Origin: Calditrichia bacterium
GTDB lineage: Bacteria; Calditrichota; Calditrichia; JAJRVZ01
Direction of reading: 5' to 3'
DNA: 64,000 nt
Assembly (NCBI GenBank): GCA_963796965.1
Contig: CAWCNS010000004.1
Span: 96,001 to 160,000, forward strand
The position numbers were made by a program, and so were the translations under genes. The notes below the pieces were generated by a model. That model was not told the DNA's origin, made no database searches, and saw only the letters and a list, made by a program, of their open reading frames with translations. Position 1 is the stretch's first letter. Each line of letters opens with the position of its first letter. Positions 45,697-57,407 of the stretch are shown in pieces.

Positions 45697-46210
45697 AAGT
45701 AGTAAACCACCTATAAAATCTTATATCGTTCCAGTTTTAGATTAGAACGAAATGTAAATCCTGTTAAGATATTTTCTTCAGCTCTAAATGATAACTACTA
45801 AAGAATCTGAAGATAGATCTCAAAAAATAAGCGCGAAATTAATAGACAAATATATCTGAATCAACAAATAAATCGTAATAATTATAAATATAATTTTGTG
45901 GAGAATGGTTAATATCTAATCCAGAAGAAGAGGACTAATTTCCAGATAGACAGTATTTTCGGTTTAAGCCTATCGGTACTTATTCAAAAACACTTTACAT
46001 GTGACCTTTAAATGATTATATGAGTGCGGTTAGTTAGGGAGTTATGGAAGGAAATTCATCAATACATATGCACTGGTATCTAATGCAAAAATTCATCCAA
46101 TGAGGAATGAATTTATAATTTAACGCAAGTAAAAATCAAGATTAGTAGAATGGGGAATCAACTGTAGATTGAAATGTCTTTCTGGTTGATACGAAATGTA
46201 TTTGGGATGC

Positions 46211-46570
46211 TTATGACATGCTTTTGATATAATTCTTACAATTTTCATGAAGATTAAATATACCATTGTAAAGAGGATGTAAAAGGTCGGATCTACGGAT
46301 ACAGCCCATAAAACTTTTAAAACTTTTCAGACTCCAGCGCTCAAAACTAAATATTGTATTTAAGACCAGGAAGATTCTTTCATAATCACCGACCATAGCT
46401 AATTCTTCACACAGGGCCAGAAGGACAACCTGCTTCTCCGGTTCAAGATCACCAACATCATTTGTTGAAAGATAATAATCCGGAAATGACAATACACTCC
46501 CGCCTTTGGATATGTATTTTTCGAACGAACTAAGCATTTCTAATTTCGTCGGCGTTATGGTTGCTTTCAT
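46211..46570 (-). CDS. Hypothetical protein
   Basis: 119-aa ORF with a purine-rich upstream region; no family recognised. Confidence 0.6.
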   Translation of the reverse strand: MKATITPTKLEMLSSFEKYISKGGSVLSFPDYYLSTNDVGDLEPEKQVVLLALCEELAMVGDYERIFLVLNTIFSFERWSLKSFKSFMGCIRRSDLLHPLYNGIFNLHENCKNYIKSMS

Positions 46571-46733
46571 AATAATTTGCCCTTATTTCTCCCCGTTGCT
46601 CTTAATATTCGTCATGTACCTCATAAACTTCAGTAGATTTAAATAAATTGTAAAATTCATCAATAGGAGTGAAAGACGCAGGTCGATCCAGTAAAGATGG
46701 TAAATTAGGGATAAAGGTTGTTGCGAAAATCTC

Positions 46734-47123
46734 TTAATTTTTTCGGATCAAATGAACCTTATCTACAATATTGGAAGCAATTTCATTCATATCTGTTAAT
46801 GTTTTTGATACTAACCGTCTTGTAAATTTATAATCTAACATACTTTTTTGAAGAGGATTCACAGTGGCAAATCCTGCATTGATTACTGCCGTTCCACCGT
46901 CCTGAAAGGACGTAATTTCTAGAATAATATAGGTTGAATCATCCTGATTAAATGCTCTTAATAATGTATCAGACTCTATTATTTCCCTCACCTGATTTGC
47001 GATTATAATTCCTTCCTTGCAGTTGAAACCATCTGTCATTACCCGCACGGGCAATCTGGCATCCTCACCAATTACTGTGAATACCAAAGATATAACAAAT
47101 ACGAATGCCAATAGTTTCTTCAT
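46734..47123 (-). CDS. Small secreted hypothetical protein
   Basis: GAGG RBS before the MKKLLAFVFVISL signal peptide. Confidence 0.7.
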   Translation of the reverse strand: MKKLLAFVFVISLVFTVIGEDARLPVRVMTDGFNCKEGIIIANQVREIIESDTLLRAFNQDDSTYIILEITSFQDGGTAVINAGFATVNPLQKSMLDYKFTRRLVSKTLTDMNEIASNIVDKVHLIRKN

Positions 47124-47195
47124 AGAACCCTCTTTATATGTTTTCTGGGGGTGAAAGTTATTATACAATGATACTAAGATCTGGTAAAATTTAAA

Positions 47196-47651
47196 ATGAT
47201 GATCATCACATACACAAGTATTATGGGAAATAATTTCTTGAGAGCCGGTGTTATGGTGGCTTTCACCCTACTGAAAATAAAAGATAAGAGCATCCTGTTC
47301 TCTTCCGCAGGAATGACGCCGGCTTTTATATTCAGGTCATCAACCCTTAAAGTTGATGACCTTTCTGTTCAGGGAATGCCACTTGGTGCAATGAAAGATA
47401 TCACGTATCGGGTTGTCCAGGAATCGTTGGAGAGCGGTGACTCGATTTTACTTCTCTCAGATGGTTTGCCTGAGTTGAAAAATCCTGATGGCGATATATT
47501 TGATTATGACCGAATGGAAAAGATATTTCGTGATGTAGCCAATAAACAACCACAAGCAGTTATTGATCGTTTGTTAGATGCCGGTGAATTCTGGAGAAAA
47601 GATTTATTGCCGGATGATGATATTACGCTGATGGTGATTCGGATGAAGTGA
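47196..47651 (+). pseudogene. C-terminal half of a SpoIIE/PP2C-type phosphatase domain
   Basis: SAGM.P, GMPLG, GDSILLLSDGL, DDDITLMVI are present; the N-terminal GGD/DVSGHG motifs are absent. Confidence 0.7.
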
Positions 47652-47813
47652 TGCCTCGGTACTCGGAACTCGGTCCTGGGCACTCGATACGGGATGCGTG
47701 ATACGGATGCGGGATGCCAAATTTGAAATGAAAAATTCGATGCCCAAAGTTACATGATCCCGAAACAAGTTCGGGATGACATTCACGTCACCCTGAACTT
47801 GTTTCAGGGTCTC
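47651..47813. repeat. Heptamer tract followed by a head-to-head pair of palindromes
   Basis: ctcggta ctcggaa ctcggtc ctgggca ctcgata cgggatg...; gatcccgaaacaagttcgggatgac (47756-47780) and gtcaccctgaacttgtttcagggtctc (47787-47813). Confidence 0.8.
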
Positions 47814-47826
47814 ATCAAATGCTATT

Positions 47827-48897
47827 TCAAAACTCCGGCTTTAACTTCGTCTTGCTAAAAAAATTATACATTTTCCCAAATCCATAGGTCAAAGGATTAC
47901 CTGCGAATTTTCCGGACTCGATAATCAAATTTTTAAAAAATCCTTTATCATCAATAGACTTATCCTCTAATATTTTATCAAAGGTTTTCTCCCAGACGTA
48001 ACCAATTGGATTTAAAGCAACCAGGGCGAAATTGATCGTTTTATCAATGGATATTTTTTTAATAACAGAAATGAGCCTTATCGTCATATCTGCGGTTATG
48101 TGTTTTGTGGCATTGACGACTTTTGCCGGTGAGGGATAGAGATCACTTGGTGATTCAATATAGGTTAACTTGCAGTAATTTTCTGTGATATAGGAAATTC
48201 TGTTGAGCAGCAAAGCATTTAAAAAACCATCGGCAATGGATCCGAGAATTTTTTCAATAAAGGGGATGCTTTTAACACCATCGGATGCCAGTTTTGTGAT
48301 AATTTCATCGGTGACATATTCAATCCCTTCAGAACCGGCTATGGCAACAGAATAATAAATCTTTTTTGTTATATTAAAAAGATCACGATTGGTAACGCGT
48401 CCGTTATAAAGAATAAAAATATCCTTTACCATGTTGATGCTATATGAGAGAACGAGAAGTGCGTCAATAAAGCCGTTTTGGGAGATGCTCGAACCATAAA
48501 ATAATTGCGCTACATATCTTTTTCTTATTTGTTCACATTCTTTCTCTAATATTTTGATTGTTTCACCATACTGCTCTCTAATATCTGACGAGGAAGACGC
48601 TGCTTTGCTGTTCTCTATTAAAAACTTATTTTTTTGAAATCTCTTGCTCCGATCACTAATAAGGTCTTCCTCCATTTCTGCTTTGCTCACAGGGCCGGGA
48701 TTTACAGGAATAATCAGAATCCTGTAAACCGGGATGACTACAAAATAGATAACAGAGGCAAGTAGCAAGACTAATACACCATACCCAAAAAATGGATGAA
48801 TCGTATAACTATAGGTATAGAGTGATATCAGCTCTCTAATGATGATATAGAAAAAAAACAAGGAAATAAAAAAGAATATTCTTTTAATGAGTTGCAT
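47827..48897 (-). CDS. YcjF/DUF697-like membrane protein
   Basis: Two N-terminal TMs; SSISQNGFIDALLVL and SIADGFLNALLLNRI motifs. Confidence 0.7.
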   Translation of the reverse strand: MQLIKRIFFFISLFFFYIIIRELISLYTYSYTIHPFFGYGVLVLLLASVIYFVVIPVYRILIIPVNPGPVSKAEMEEDLISDRSKRFQKNKFLIENSKAASSSSDIREQYGETIKILEKECEQIRKRYVAQLFYGSSISQNGFIDALLVLSYSINMVKDIFILYNGRVTNRDLFNITKKIYYSVAIAGSEGIEYVTDEIITKLASDGVKSIPFIEKILGSIADGFLNALLLNRISYITENYCKLTYIESPSDLYPSPAKVVNATKHITADMTIRLISVIKKISIDKTINFALVALNPIGYVWEKTFDKILEDKSIDDKGFFKNLIIESGKFAGNPLTYGFGKMYNFFSKTKLKPEF

Positions 48898-48942
48898 GGT
48901 TTTTCCTCTGATTAAATAACAAAACAAATGTTCTCCGACAGC

Positions 48943-48970
48943 GTAGTGGCCGTTCGCGAACAGCCACTAC
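48943..48970. repeat. GTAG REP-like hairpin
   Basis: gtagtggccgttcgcgaacagccactac. Confidence 0.75.
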
Positions 48971-49110
48971 AGCATTGGATACTGTATTATACAAAAATAG
49001 GGCAAAAAGATTCAGAATAAAAAAAATTAGGTTTAATCTCAGAAAATACTTGAGTACTCATATAGGATGTGGAATGACGCTCCTTTTATTAATAGAGCAT
49101 AACCAATCAA

Positions 49111-49273
49111 GTCATTCCATAGGAATCTTCCGATATTCAGATTCGATCCGACATAGAGGAATATCCTTGTTAGGAGAACAGGATGTCATTTTCTCTTAAA
49201 TATCATGAGATGCTGAAACAAGTTCAGCATGACTCATCCAGGTCATTCCGCCCGCCTCAGGCGGGCGGAATCT
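49111..49273. repeat. Cluster of GTCAT-family palindromes
   Basis: gtcattccataggaatcttcc (49111-49131), gagatgctgaaacaagttcagcatgac (49207-49233), gtcattccgcccgcctcaggcgggcggaatct (49242-49273). Confidence 0.8.
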
Positions 49274-49402
49274 ATAATATCTTTTCACAATAAATAATTG
49301 ATAAATATTTAATTTGTCCTCTGATTTGCCGATGATGTTAAATAATGTTGCTGTTCGGACCTATTATATAATATCTGATTTCTAACTAACATGGGAGGTA
49401 CG

Positions 49403-49963
49403 ATGAAAAAGAATGTTGTTTCGGTTATTGTTATTTTACTAATGGTTTTGATCTCCACCTCAGCGGTTCAGGCACAGAAACAATCCTGGAATATGAATAT
49501 TAAGGGGGGAATAATGCTGCCGGGTACCGTCACAGTTGAGGGTTATGATGCTGATACGGAAATGGGTTGGATAGGTAATTTGGCTTTTGATGCTCTCCTA
49601 GCAGAGAAGGTTTCTATGGGTGGTTTTTTATTTTATGCGGGTATAACGCCAGAAGATTTAGATGAAAGTGCTAATATCCTGGGTATTGGTGGCACCATCA
49701 AAGCCAGGTTTACTCTAAAAAGCGGTATGCAAATCCGACCGGGTTTGGTTCTGGTATATCAGATGACTTCTGGTGATGCTTTTGAAGATGTAAAGGGATT
49801 TGGTGTAGGTTTTACTGGTGAAGTTGTATTTCCTCTTAAAGATTTTAATGCTATTGTTGCAGAGATTGGTTTTACATCTCAGCCATCAGGTGGAAATGAA
49901 TTTGTGGATGTAACCTGGGCACCCATATTTTATTTAACTCTTGGTTATGAGTTCGGTGGTTAA
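49403..49963 (+). CDS. Outer-membrane beta-barrel protein
   Basis: GGAGG RBS, signal peptide ending AQA, about 8 amphipathic strands, terminal LGYEF. Confidence 0.8.
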   Translation: MKKNVVSVIVILLMVLISTSAVQAQKQSWNMNIKGGIMLPGTVTVEGYDADTEMGWIGNLAFDALLAEKVSMGGFLFYAGITPEDLDESANILGIGGTIKARFTLKSGMQIRPGLVLVYQMTSGDAFEDVKGFGVGFTGEVVFPLKDFNAIVAEIGFTSQPSGGNEFVDVTWAPIFYLTLGYEFGG

Positions 49964-50253
49964 TGACAAGGAGAACGAACAAATTATATGATTACGGATC
50001 ACATGGATGACACGGATGACAAAGATTTTCGTAGAATTTCCTAATTATTTGTCAGGTTATTTGGAACCCAGATAAACCAAGGAGGAGAATTCCTAGAGTA
50101 CTGTTTATTTTACGATTTTGCCTGCCAATCGACCATTTGAAATTACCTGTAGGAATAACCTGTGAAAATTAATGTCATCCGTTTCATACTTCGTCCGAAT
50201 ACAATCAAATGTCCAACCTCTACTTACCATCGCGTTTTTGTAATCTTTCTTTA

Positions 50254-51043
50254 TTAGTTTGCTGAATAAACCCGACCAACGCTGTTAATATGCTCTACGA
50301 TCTGTGGATTGCCCTTATAATAGACGGAACCGATACTGTTGATCGTAACCTCAAGTAGTTTCGAAGCTAAAACTTGGGCATTTCCAGCACTGTTAAGTAT
50401 AATAGTTGTTGACTCGGTATTTAATTCAAAGGCAGTCAGATTTCCTATAGATGATAACATCACCTGATGATCTATAACCTGGCCACTCAAGAACAGATTG
50501 CCCGCGCTATTACACATAGAATTTAATTGATTGACTTTGAGATCCATGAATATATTCCCGGCACTGTTCACCATAAGATTGACCTGATCTTCCTCGAACG
50601 TATTTATTCCCCTGATCGATCCTGCACTATTTGTAGCCAGCGATTTCAGATTTGGCATACTTACATCAATGGTAAGACTCATAGTCTGCAAGTGTAACAT
50701 TGTTGACAACTTCGATTATCAACACATCCTCCTGCACCCTGATTATTAAATAGTCCAGTATATTATCATCCACTTTTACTTTAACATTTTGTTCTGTCTC
50801 CTGTTTTAGGTTTACCAGACCGGCTGTATTTATAGAAATAGAGTGAAAAAATGGCACCTCAATTTCCTCATAGATAAGATTTCCCGAGCCAACGATTTTT
50901 TGATCAATATCCGGTTCTGTGCCCAAATCATTAATTGTGCACGAGGAAAGGATAAAAAGAATTAGAATGAACGGTGTTAAGTAGAGCTGTCCTCTTGAGA
51001 TTTGGCTGTCGAGAAATATAAATGAATATTTTATTCGCTTCAT
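50254..51043 (-). CDS. GIN-domain (DUF2807) lipoprotein (one frameshift)
   Basis: IVGSGNL, V.VDDNILDYL, repeated NSAGN/SSIGN, GSVYYKGNP. Confidence 0.88.
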
Positions 51044-51122
51044 GTGGTCCTCCCTTTAAACATCCAATTTTTATGGTGTTTATAATACAATCCGTTTTAC
51101 GATTGTTTTTTGAATAGGTTAA

Positions 51123-51262
51123 TACAAAAGTTGTGCCACAATAAAAAACTCAGATATATATATTCTAAACCTTTGAATAATAGTGAGATAAGAGGAGAAA
51201 TAATTTTTACGAATTAACGAAGAGAACCGCGGAAATTTGTAACACTGCGGAAAATTTCCGCA
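51123..51262 (-). promoter_or_regulatory. Candidate sigma-54 promoter with upstream palindromic enhancer-like site
   Basis: Minus strand TGGCAC-AACTT-TTGTA at 51123-51138, 80 bp before the GIN gene; tgcggaaaatttccgca at 51246-51262. Confidence 0.5.
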
Positions 51263-51534
51263 TAAATCTAAGAGATTTTCATATCAAGTCTTCATTCTGG
51301 TACTCTTTAATCCTCCTCTCCCGTGTCCTTTCACGGCCCAATCGAGACTCAGATTTACGGGACGGGAGATGATCGGTGTAGTGAATGCTGTCATTCCCCA
51401 TATAAATTCCAACATATAAAAATTTATAAAAATCACTTTCCTCAAAAGAAAAAAGTTCTTATACTCTTCAAAACAGTACCACAATTTTGTTAGTGGCTTC
51501 CCCAAATTTCCTCTCCAAAACGCAGGGCTCAATT

Positions 51535-53337
51535 ATGAAATACAAAAATTTAGCAGATATGTTCTATTCAAAAAGAGAAAACTATTCTGATCATATTGCC
51601 TATCGTAATAAAAAAGAGGGGCAGTGGATAGGTGTTACCTATAAGGAGGCGGTTGATATTGCAGAGAAGATTTCTGCCGGATTTGCGGACTTGGGAATTA
51701 AAAAAGGAGATAAGATTGCTATTATCTCTACATAATCGAATGGAGTGGGCCTTATCTGATTATGCGGCGCTTTTTCTTGGAGCCGTTTTAGTTCCCATAT
51801 ACCCTTCCTTAATTGACCCTCAGATTGAATATATATTAAATGATTCAGAGGCAAAAATTGTGATTGCTGAGGATTCCTTCCAGACAGTCGAAAGTTGATA
51901 AGATCCGCAGAAATTTAAAAACAGTCGAACATTTTTTCATAATAGATAAGGGATGACAATCAGAATGGCGCCTCATGGCCGGAGTTAAATTCCCTCGGAG
52001 AGAAGGGGTTGGATTTTATAAGGCATCATGATGGATATATAACAAATTCAATCGATCGGATTCAGAGAGAAGAGATTGCCACAATAATTTATACCTCAGG
52101 CACTACCGGAGAACCCAAAGGTGTTGTTCTTGCACATAGAAATTTCTTTGCAAATCTTGAGGCAGTCTCTGAGTTATTTGAATGTTATCCTGAAGATGAA
52201 TTTTTATCATTTTTGCCTTTGAGTCATATCCTGGAAAGAACAGCCGGGCATTATTTTTCTTGCTATCATGGTGCAACGGTGGCCTATGCTGAAGGAATAG
52301 ATAGTTTACCGGAAAATTTAGTGGAGATAAAACCAACCCTGATGATATCAGTTCCCCGGTTATTTGAAAAAATGTATGGCCGGATTTTAGAATCGGTTGA
52401 AACCGGATCGCCAATAAAACGCAAAATATTTTACTGGTCTATAAAAACTGGAAGGGAATTTATGAACTTTCAGATGGCCGGAGAAGCGGTACCCGCTCTT
52501 TTAAAAATAAAGCACGGTCTGGCCACAAAATTAGTTTTTGGTAAATTAAATCAGCGTCTTGGTGGGCGACTTCGCTATTGTATTAGTGGAGGAGCCCCGC
52601 TGCCTGCACTCATTGGAGAATTTTTTAATTCTGCCGGTCTTACAATTCTGGAGGGTTATGGATTAACAGAAACCTCACCGGGAATTTCATTTAATAAGCC
52701 GGATGCTTATAAATTCGGTGCTGTGGGAATTCCCTTACCCAATGTGGAAGTAAAAATAGCTGAGGACGGTGAGATCCTGACCCGCGGTGAGCATGTAATG
52801 CTTGGTTATTATAATAAAGAAGAGGAAACCAAGGAAGTTATAGATGCTGAGGGCTGGTTTTCAACGGGAGATATCGGATTTATTGATGAAGATGGATTCT
52901 TAACAATTACTGATCGTAAGAAAAACATTATTGTTACATCAGGCGGGAAAAATATTGCACCACAACCCATCGAAAATATTTTAGTAACCAGTAGTCTGAT
53001 TGAACAAGCTGTTGTGATTGGTGACCGGAGAAAATTTTGTTCAGCTTTGATTGTTCCCGCAGAAGAAGCAATTAAAAACCTGGCAATTAAATCAGACATA
53101 ACATTTGCAGACTATGAAGAATTACTCAGCAAGGAAGAATTAATATCTGAAATTCAGAATGAAGTTGATAAGTTAACAGAACAATTTGCCAGTTTTGAAA
53201 GGATTAAGAAGATTTCTTTGATTCCTGAAATGTTTACCCAAGAGGGTGGGGAGTTGACACCCAGCCTAAAGATTAAACGCAGAGTTGTAGAAGAAAAGTA
53301 TGGGGAACAAATTGAGGCGATTTATCAGGATTTATAA
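51535..53337 (+). CDS. Long-chain fatty acid-CoA ligase (frameshifted)
   Basis: IIYTSGTTGEPKGV, FLPLSHILER, EGYGLTET, GWFSTGDIG, ITDRKKNIIVTSGGKNIAPQPIE. Confidence 0.93.
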
Positions 53338-53651
53338 AATCGTTCTGTTATTATTTATAAAATTTAATGTATTAATTGCCATGCATTTAAGTATGTAATA
53401 TTCTATTCTTTTTTTTGAGTTCTCTCTAAGAGGCAATAGTAGGAAAAGTTAGCCTGACTAACCCACCTGAGAAAGGGATTATTCAGCGGGATGATTTAAT
53501 TCAGAATCTCTTGCTTGTATTTCCTCTCGATGTCATTAATCCATTGATTATAAAATAATAGGTCAATTATTTCCATTAAATGATCTTGGATTTCTCATAA
53601 AAAAAATATAAAATTGGCCACACTTCAATCAAAAAGTATATAGGATTTTTA

Positions 53652-55890
53652 ATGAACACTCCAACTAAAACCAAAAACAATAAATTTGAACCTGTTGACA
53701 CTGTTAATCCTGACATCGGAGGAATGTCCCATCTACTTGTACCAACCCTTCCCCTGGTTCACCTACCTAATTCCATGGTGCGTATCTCCAGACAACCTCA
53801 GGGATATAACCAGGAAAAAATCACTCATTTTCCAATAAATATTATCTCCCATCGTATGGCCGCTGCAGGACGGATAATGGTTACAACGGGTGAAATTAAT
53901 ACAAACCCTGATACCTGGTCTTCTACTTATGACCATGATTTTGAAACAACAAAGCCCTACCACTATTCTGTCCTGCTTGAAGACCATAATATCGATTTGG
54001 AACTCACTACAACTGAGCACACAGTGTTTTATCAGTTCAAGGGAAATTCAAATAATAAGATTAATCTTTATCTTCAGACAATAAATAATGGAAAGATTGA
54101 GTTCTCACCTGATGAAAAAACCATTAGAGGAGTAGAGATCGTATCAGGCGTGAAGATCCATTTTTGTATGAAGATTCAAGGCGAAGTTGAAAAATATGGT
54201 GCATTTCTGGCAGAGCAGCGTTTTGATGATAAATTGAATGTTGAAGGAAAGCCAGCTGGACTTTATTTAACTATCTCCACTTCTGATGATCACGCTGTTC
54301 AATTAAAGGTGGGGATATCCTATATCTCTCCGGAACAAGCAGCTAAGCACCTGGAAAAAGAAATACCAGACTGGGATTTTGAGTCAATTCTCCCACAAAA
54401 CAAAAATGTCTGGAATCAGGCATTACGTAAAATTAAAGTTGAAGGCGGATCTGACGACGAAAAGACAGCCTTCTATACACTCTTTATCGCTGTTATGAGC
54501 GCATGGTTAATATATCAGAGGATGGCGAATACTATAGCAGCTACGATGAAGCCATCCATGATGATGGTGGAAGTCACTTTTATGTAGACGATTGGGCCTG
54601 GGATACCTTTCGCGCTCAACATCCTCTTCAAATATTGATAAATCCGCAGGAGCAAGTAAATAAAATAGACTCCTATATCAGAATGTATGAGCAATCCGGC
54701 TCCATACCTCTTTTTCCGACACTTATGGGTGATCTTGGATGTATGAATGGCAGCCACCCCACGGCAATTATCAGCGATGCTCATCTCAAAGGAGTAAAAG
54801 GTTTTGATATTGATAAAGACTTATGAAGGATTAAAAAAGAGAGCCTTAGAATCTACCATGCTACCGTGGAGAAATGGCCCTTTGACAGAGTTAGATGAGT
54901 TTTATCATAAAAAGGGATATTATCCTGCCCTTAAAGTTGGGCAGAAAGAGCATGTTGCTGAGGTTGACAAATTGGAAAACAGACAATGTGTTTCCGTGAC
55001 CTTAGGACATAGTTATGATGACTGGTGTCTGGCTATGCTGGCCCGAGATTTGGGCCGGAAAGATGATTTTGATTTCTTTTTAAAAAAAGCGGCTAACTAT
55101 AAGAATTTGTTTGATCCTGAAATTGGGTTTTTTGCCCCTCGCTCAGATGATGGGGAGTGGGTCAGACCCTTTGATCCAAAATTGAGTGGTGGATTTGGTG
55201 GGCGGGATTACTTCGCCGAGAATAACGCTTGGACCTATTTATTTGACGTTCAACATGATGTACAGGGTTTGATTCACTTGTTAGGCGGTAAAGAAAAATT
55301 TATAAAAAAACTCGATGCTTTATTTACAGAAGATTGTGGCACACGTAAAAGTACCTATCTAGCCCAATTCCCTGATGCTACCGGATTAGTTGGTCAATTT
55401 GCCATGGGCAATGAACCAAGCCTGCATATTCCTTATCTTTACAATTATGCCGGAATGCCATGGAAAACACAAAAAAGGATTCGTATGCTGATGGATTTAT
55501 GGTTTACAAATTCTCCCTTCGGGATGTGTGGGGATGAGGATGGCGGTGGAATTTCTTCTTTTTATGTATTTTCCGCCATGGGTTTTTATCCGGTTACACC
55601 GGGTTCTCCCTATTATAATATTGGCAGCCCAATCTTTTCAAATATTGAGATAGATCTGGGGGAGGGAAACTTTTTTTCCATTGAAGCCAAAAACTGCAGT
55701 AAACAAAACAAATATATACAAAGTGCAGAATTGAATGGGAAAGAATTGAAAAATCCTTATTTTGCCCATGATGATATTGCTCAACGGGGGCAAATTGAAA
55801 TTAGAGATGGGTCCCCGGCCAAATTATGAATGGGGCAAGGAATCTACCGGACCCTATTCCATGAGTAGTGATGAAAATAATTCGTCGTAA
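53652..55890 (+). CDS. GH92-family glycoside hydrolase without signal peptide (frameshifted)
   Basis: VNPDIGG, WDTFRAQHPL, SYDDWCLA, ENNAWTY, GQFAMGNEPSLH, GDEDGGGISSFYVFSAMGFYP. Confidence 0.92.
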
Positions 55891-55892
55891 AA

Positions 55893-57348
55893 TTAGGCGA
55901 ATGCATTCATCAATTCGTCCATATTAATTGTTGCTACGCCACAGGATGAATCGGAAATAGCAAAAGGTAATACCAGACTCATTATTGTTAATTAAACCAC
56001 CACATGAATATATCACATTGGGAACATATCCTTCTCGTTCGGATGGTTGTGGTACAAGAATCGGTTCTGATAATTGGGCAATAATTTTTGATGGATCTTT
56101 TAGATCCAATAGTTCTGCGCCGATACAATAAGTACGCATGGGCCCAACACCATGTGTTAAAAGAAGCCAGCCCTCGGGTGTCTCAATCGGCGAACCACAA
56201 TTTCCTATCTGAAAAAATTCCCAAGGATACTTGGGTTCCTGAAATAATTTTGCCCGATCCCAAAAATCAATGACATCTGACTTCATCATGTACATATTTT
56301 CACCATCAATTCGCGAGATCATCGTATATTTACCATCAATTTTACGTGGGAATAAGGCCATTCCTTTATCTTTAACCGCTTCGCCGGCCATCGCACAAAA
56401 ATTAAAAAAGAGAAAATCCTTTGTTCCGAGCATCATCGGTAAAATTTCAAAACCGTTGAAAGCCGTATAGGTTGCATAATAAAATATGTCTCCATTGTCC
56501 TCCTGAAAGCGCACAAATCGTGCATCCTCTAAACCCTTTATTGCTTCTTTTGATACCGGGAATAATACACGTTCTGAGATATGAGATTCAGGGCGGAAAT
56601 ATCGCTCGTGGTTCGAACGGGCAAGAAAATAAATCATCTTGATAGTATCCGTGAAAGTATGGTCCTGAAGCGATCTATTTTTCACAGATTCGATTCTGTT
56701 TTGAAGTTTTTCGAAAGAAAATGTGGCCGGCAACTTTAAAAAAATATTTTTAGTAACATCATTTTCCATCTTCAATTGTTTGAACTTTTTTATAAAGAAT
56801 TTCTTTTCATACTCCGCCATCATCACAATTTCGGGTGTTTCGAAACGATGATAAGCTCTTTCTAAAAACATATTATTATATTTATCCAATTTACCGCTTC
56901 TAAATTCAATGGATGAGACATGCCCTTCTCCAGTTGCTCTGAAACTAAGGATAAATCGCAATTCATGTTTATTTATATTATCCTGACTTGGATGAACGAC
57001 TATTGATGGATTAAAAAAACCAGCCGCCTCAACAGAATATTCGTGGGTGAAATAGGAACCAATAAGAAGTTTCTTGGTTTCAGAAAGCTGTTTTTGATCA
57101 GGAATGAACATGGCTATATTTTGATAATTTCGTTTTAAAAACTTTTTTTAAATTTCTATGTCTGTGTTCGAAACTTAGACAGAATTTCATCCAATAGATA
57201 TCAAAACACGATCTTCTGAAAGAGTTAAAACCCGATTTATTATATTTTTTGCTCTTTTTTCATTGCCCGGATAATAAAATTTGTTGATAACACGAGAAGG
57301 ATCAGATGAAAATTTCGTTTCTCTTCTGTTAACTGTAATCTTTTGCAT
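55893..57348 (-). CDS. GH130-like glycosidase/phosphorylase, long form (frameshifted)
   Basis: HEYSVEAAGFFNPS, RATGEGHVSS, GLEDARFVRF, KDKGMALFPRKI, REGYVPNVIYSCG. Confidence 0.88.
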
Positions 57349-57407
57349 AGAATATTTCCTATATTCACTTTTAGTATTTGGATTAATTCTGACACACATT
57401 GAACTAA

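Noticed and set aside
53430..53495. Possible riboswitch upstream of the second GH92
   Set aside because: Only short motif resemblance (ttctcagg), on the wrong strand, with no coherent structure.
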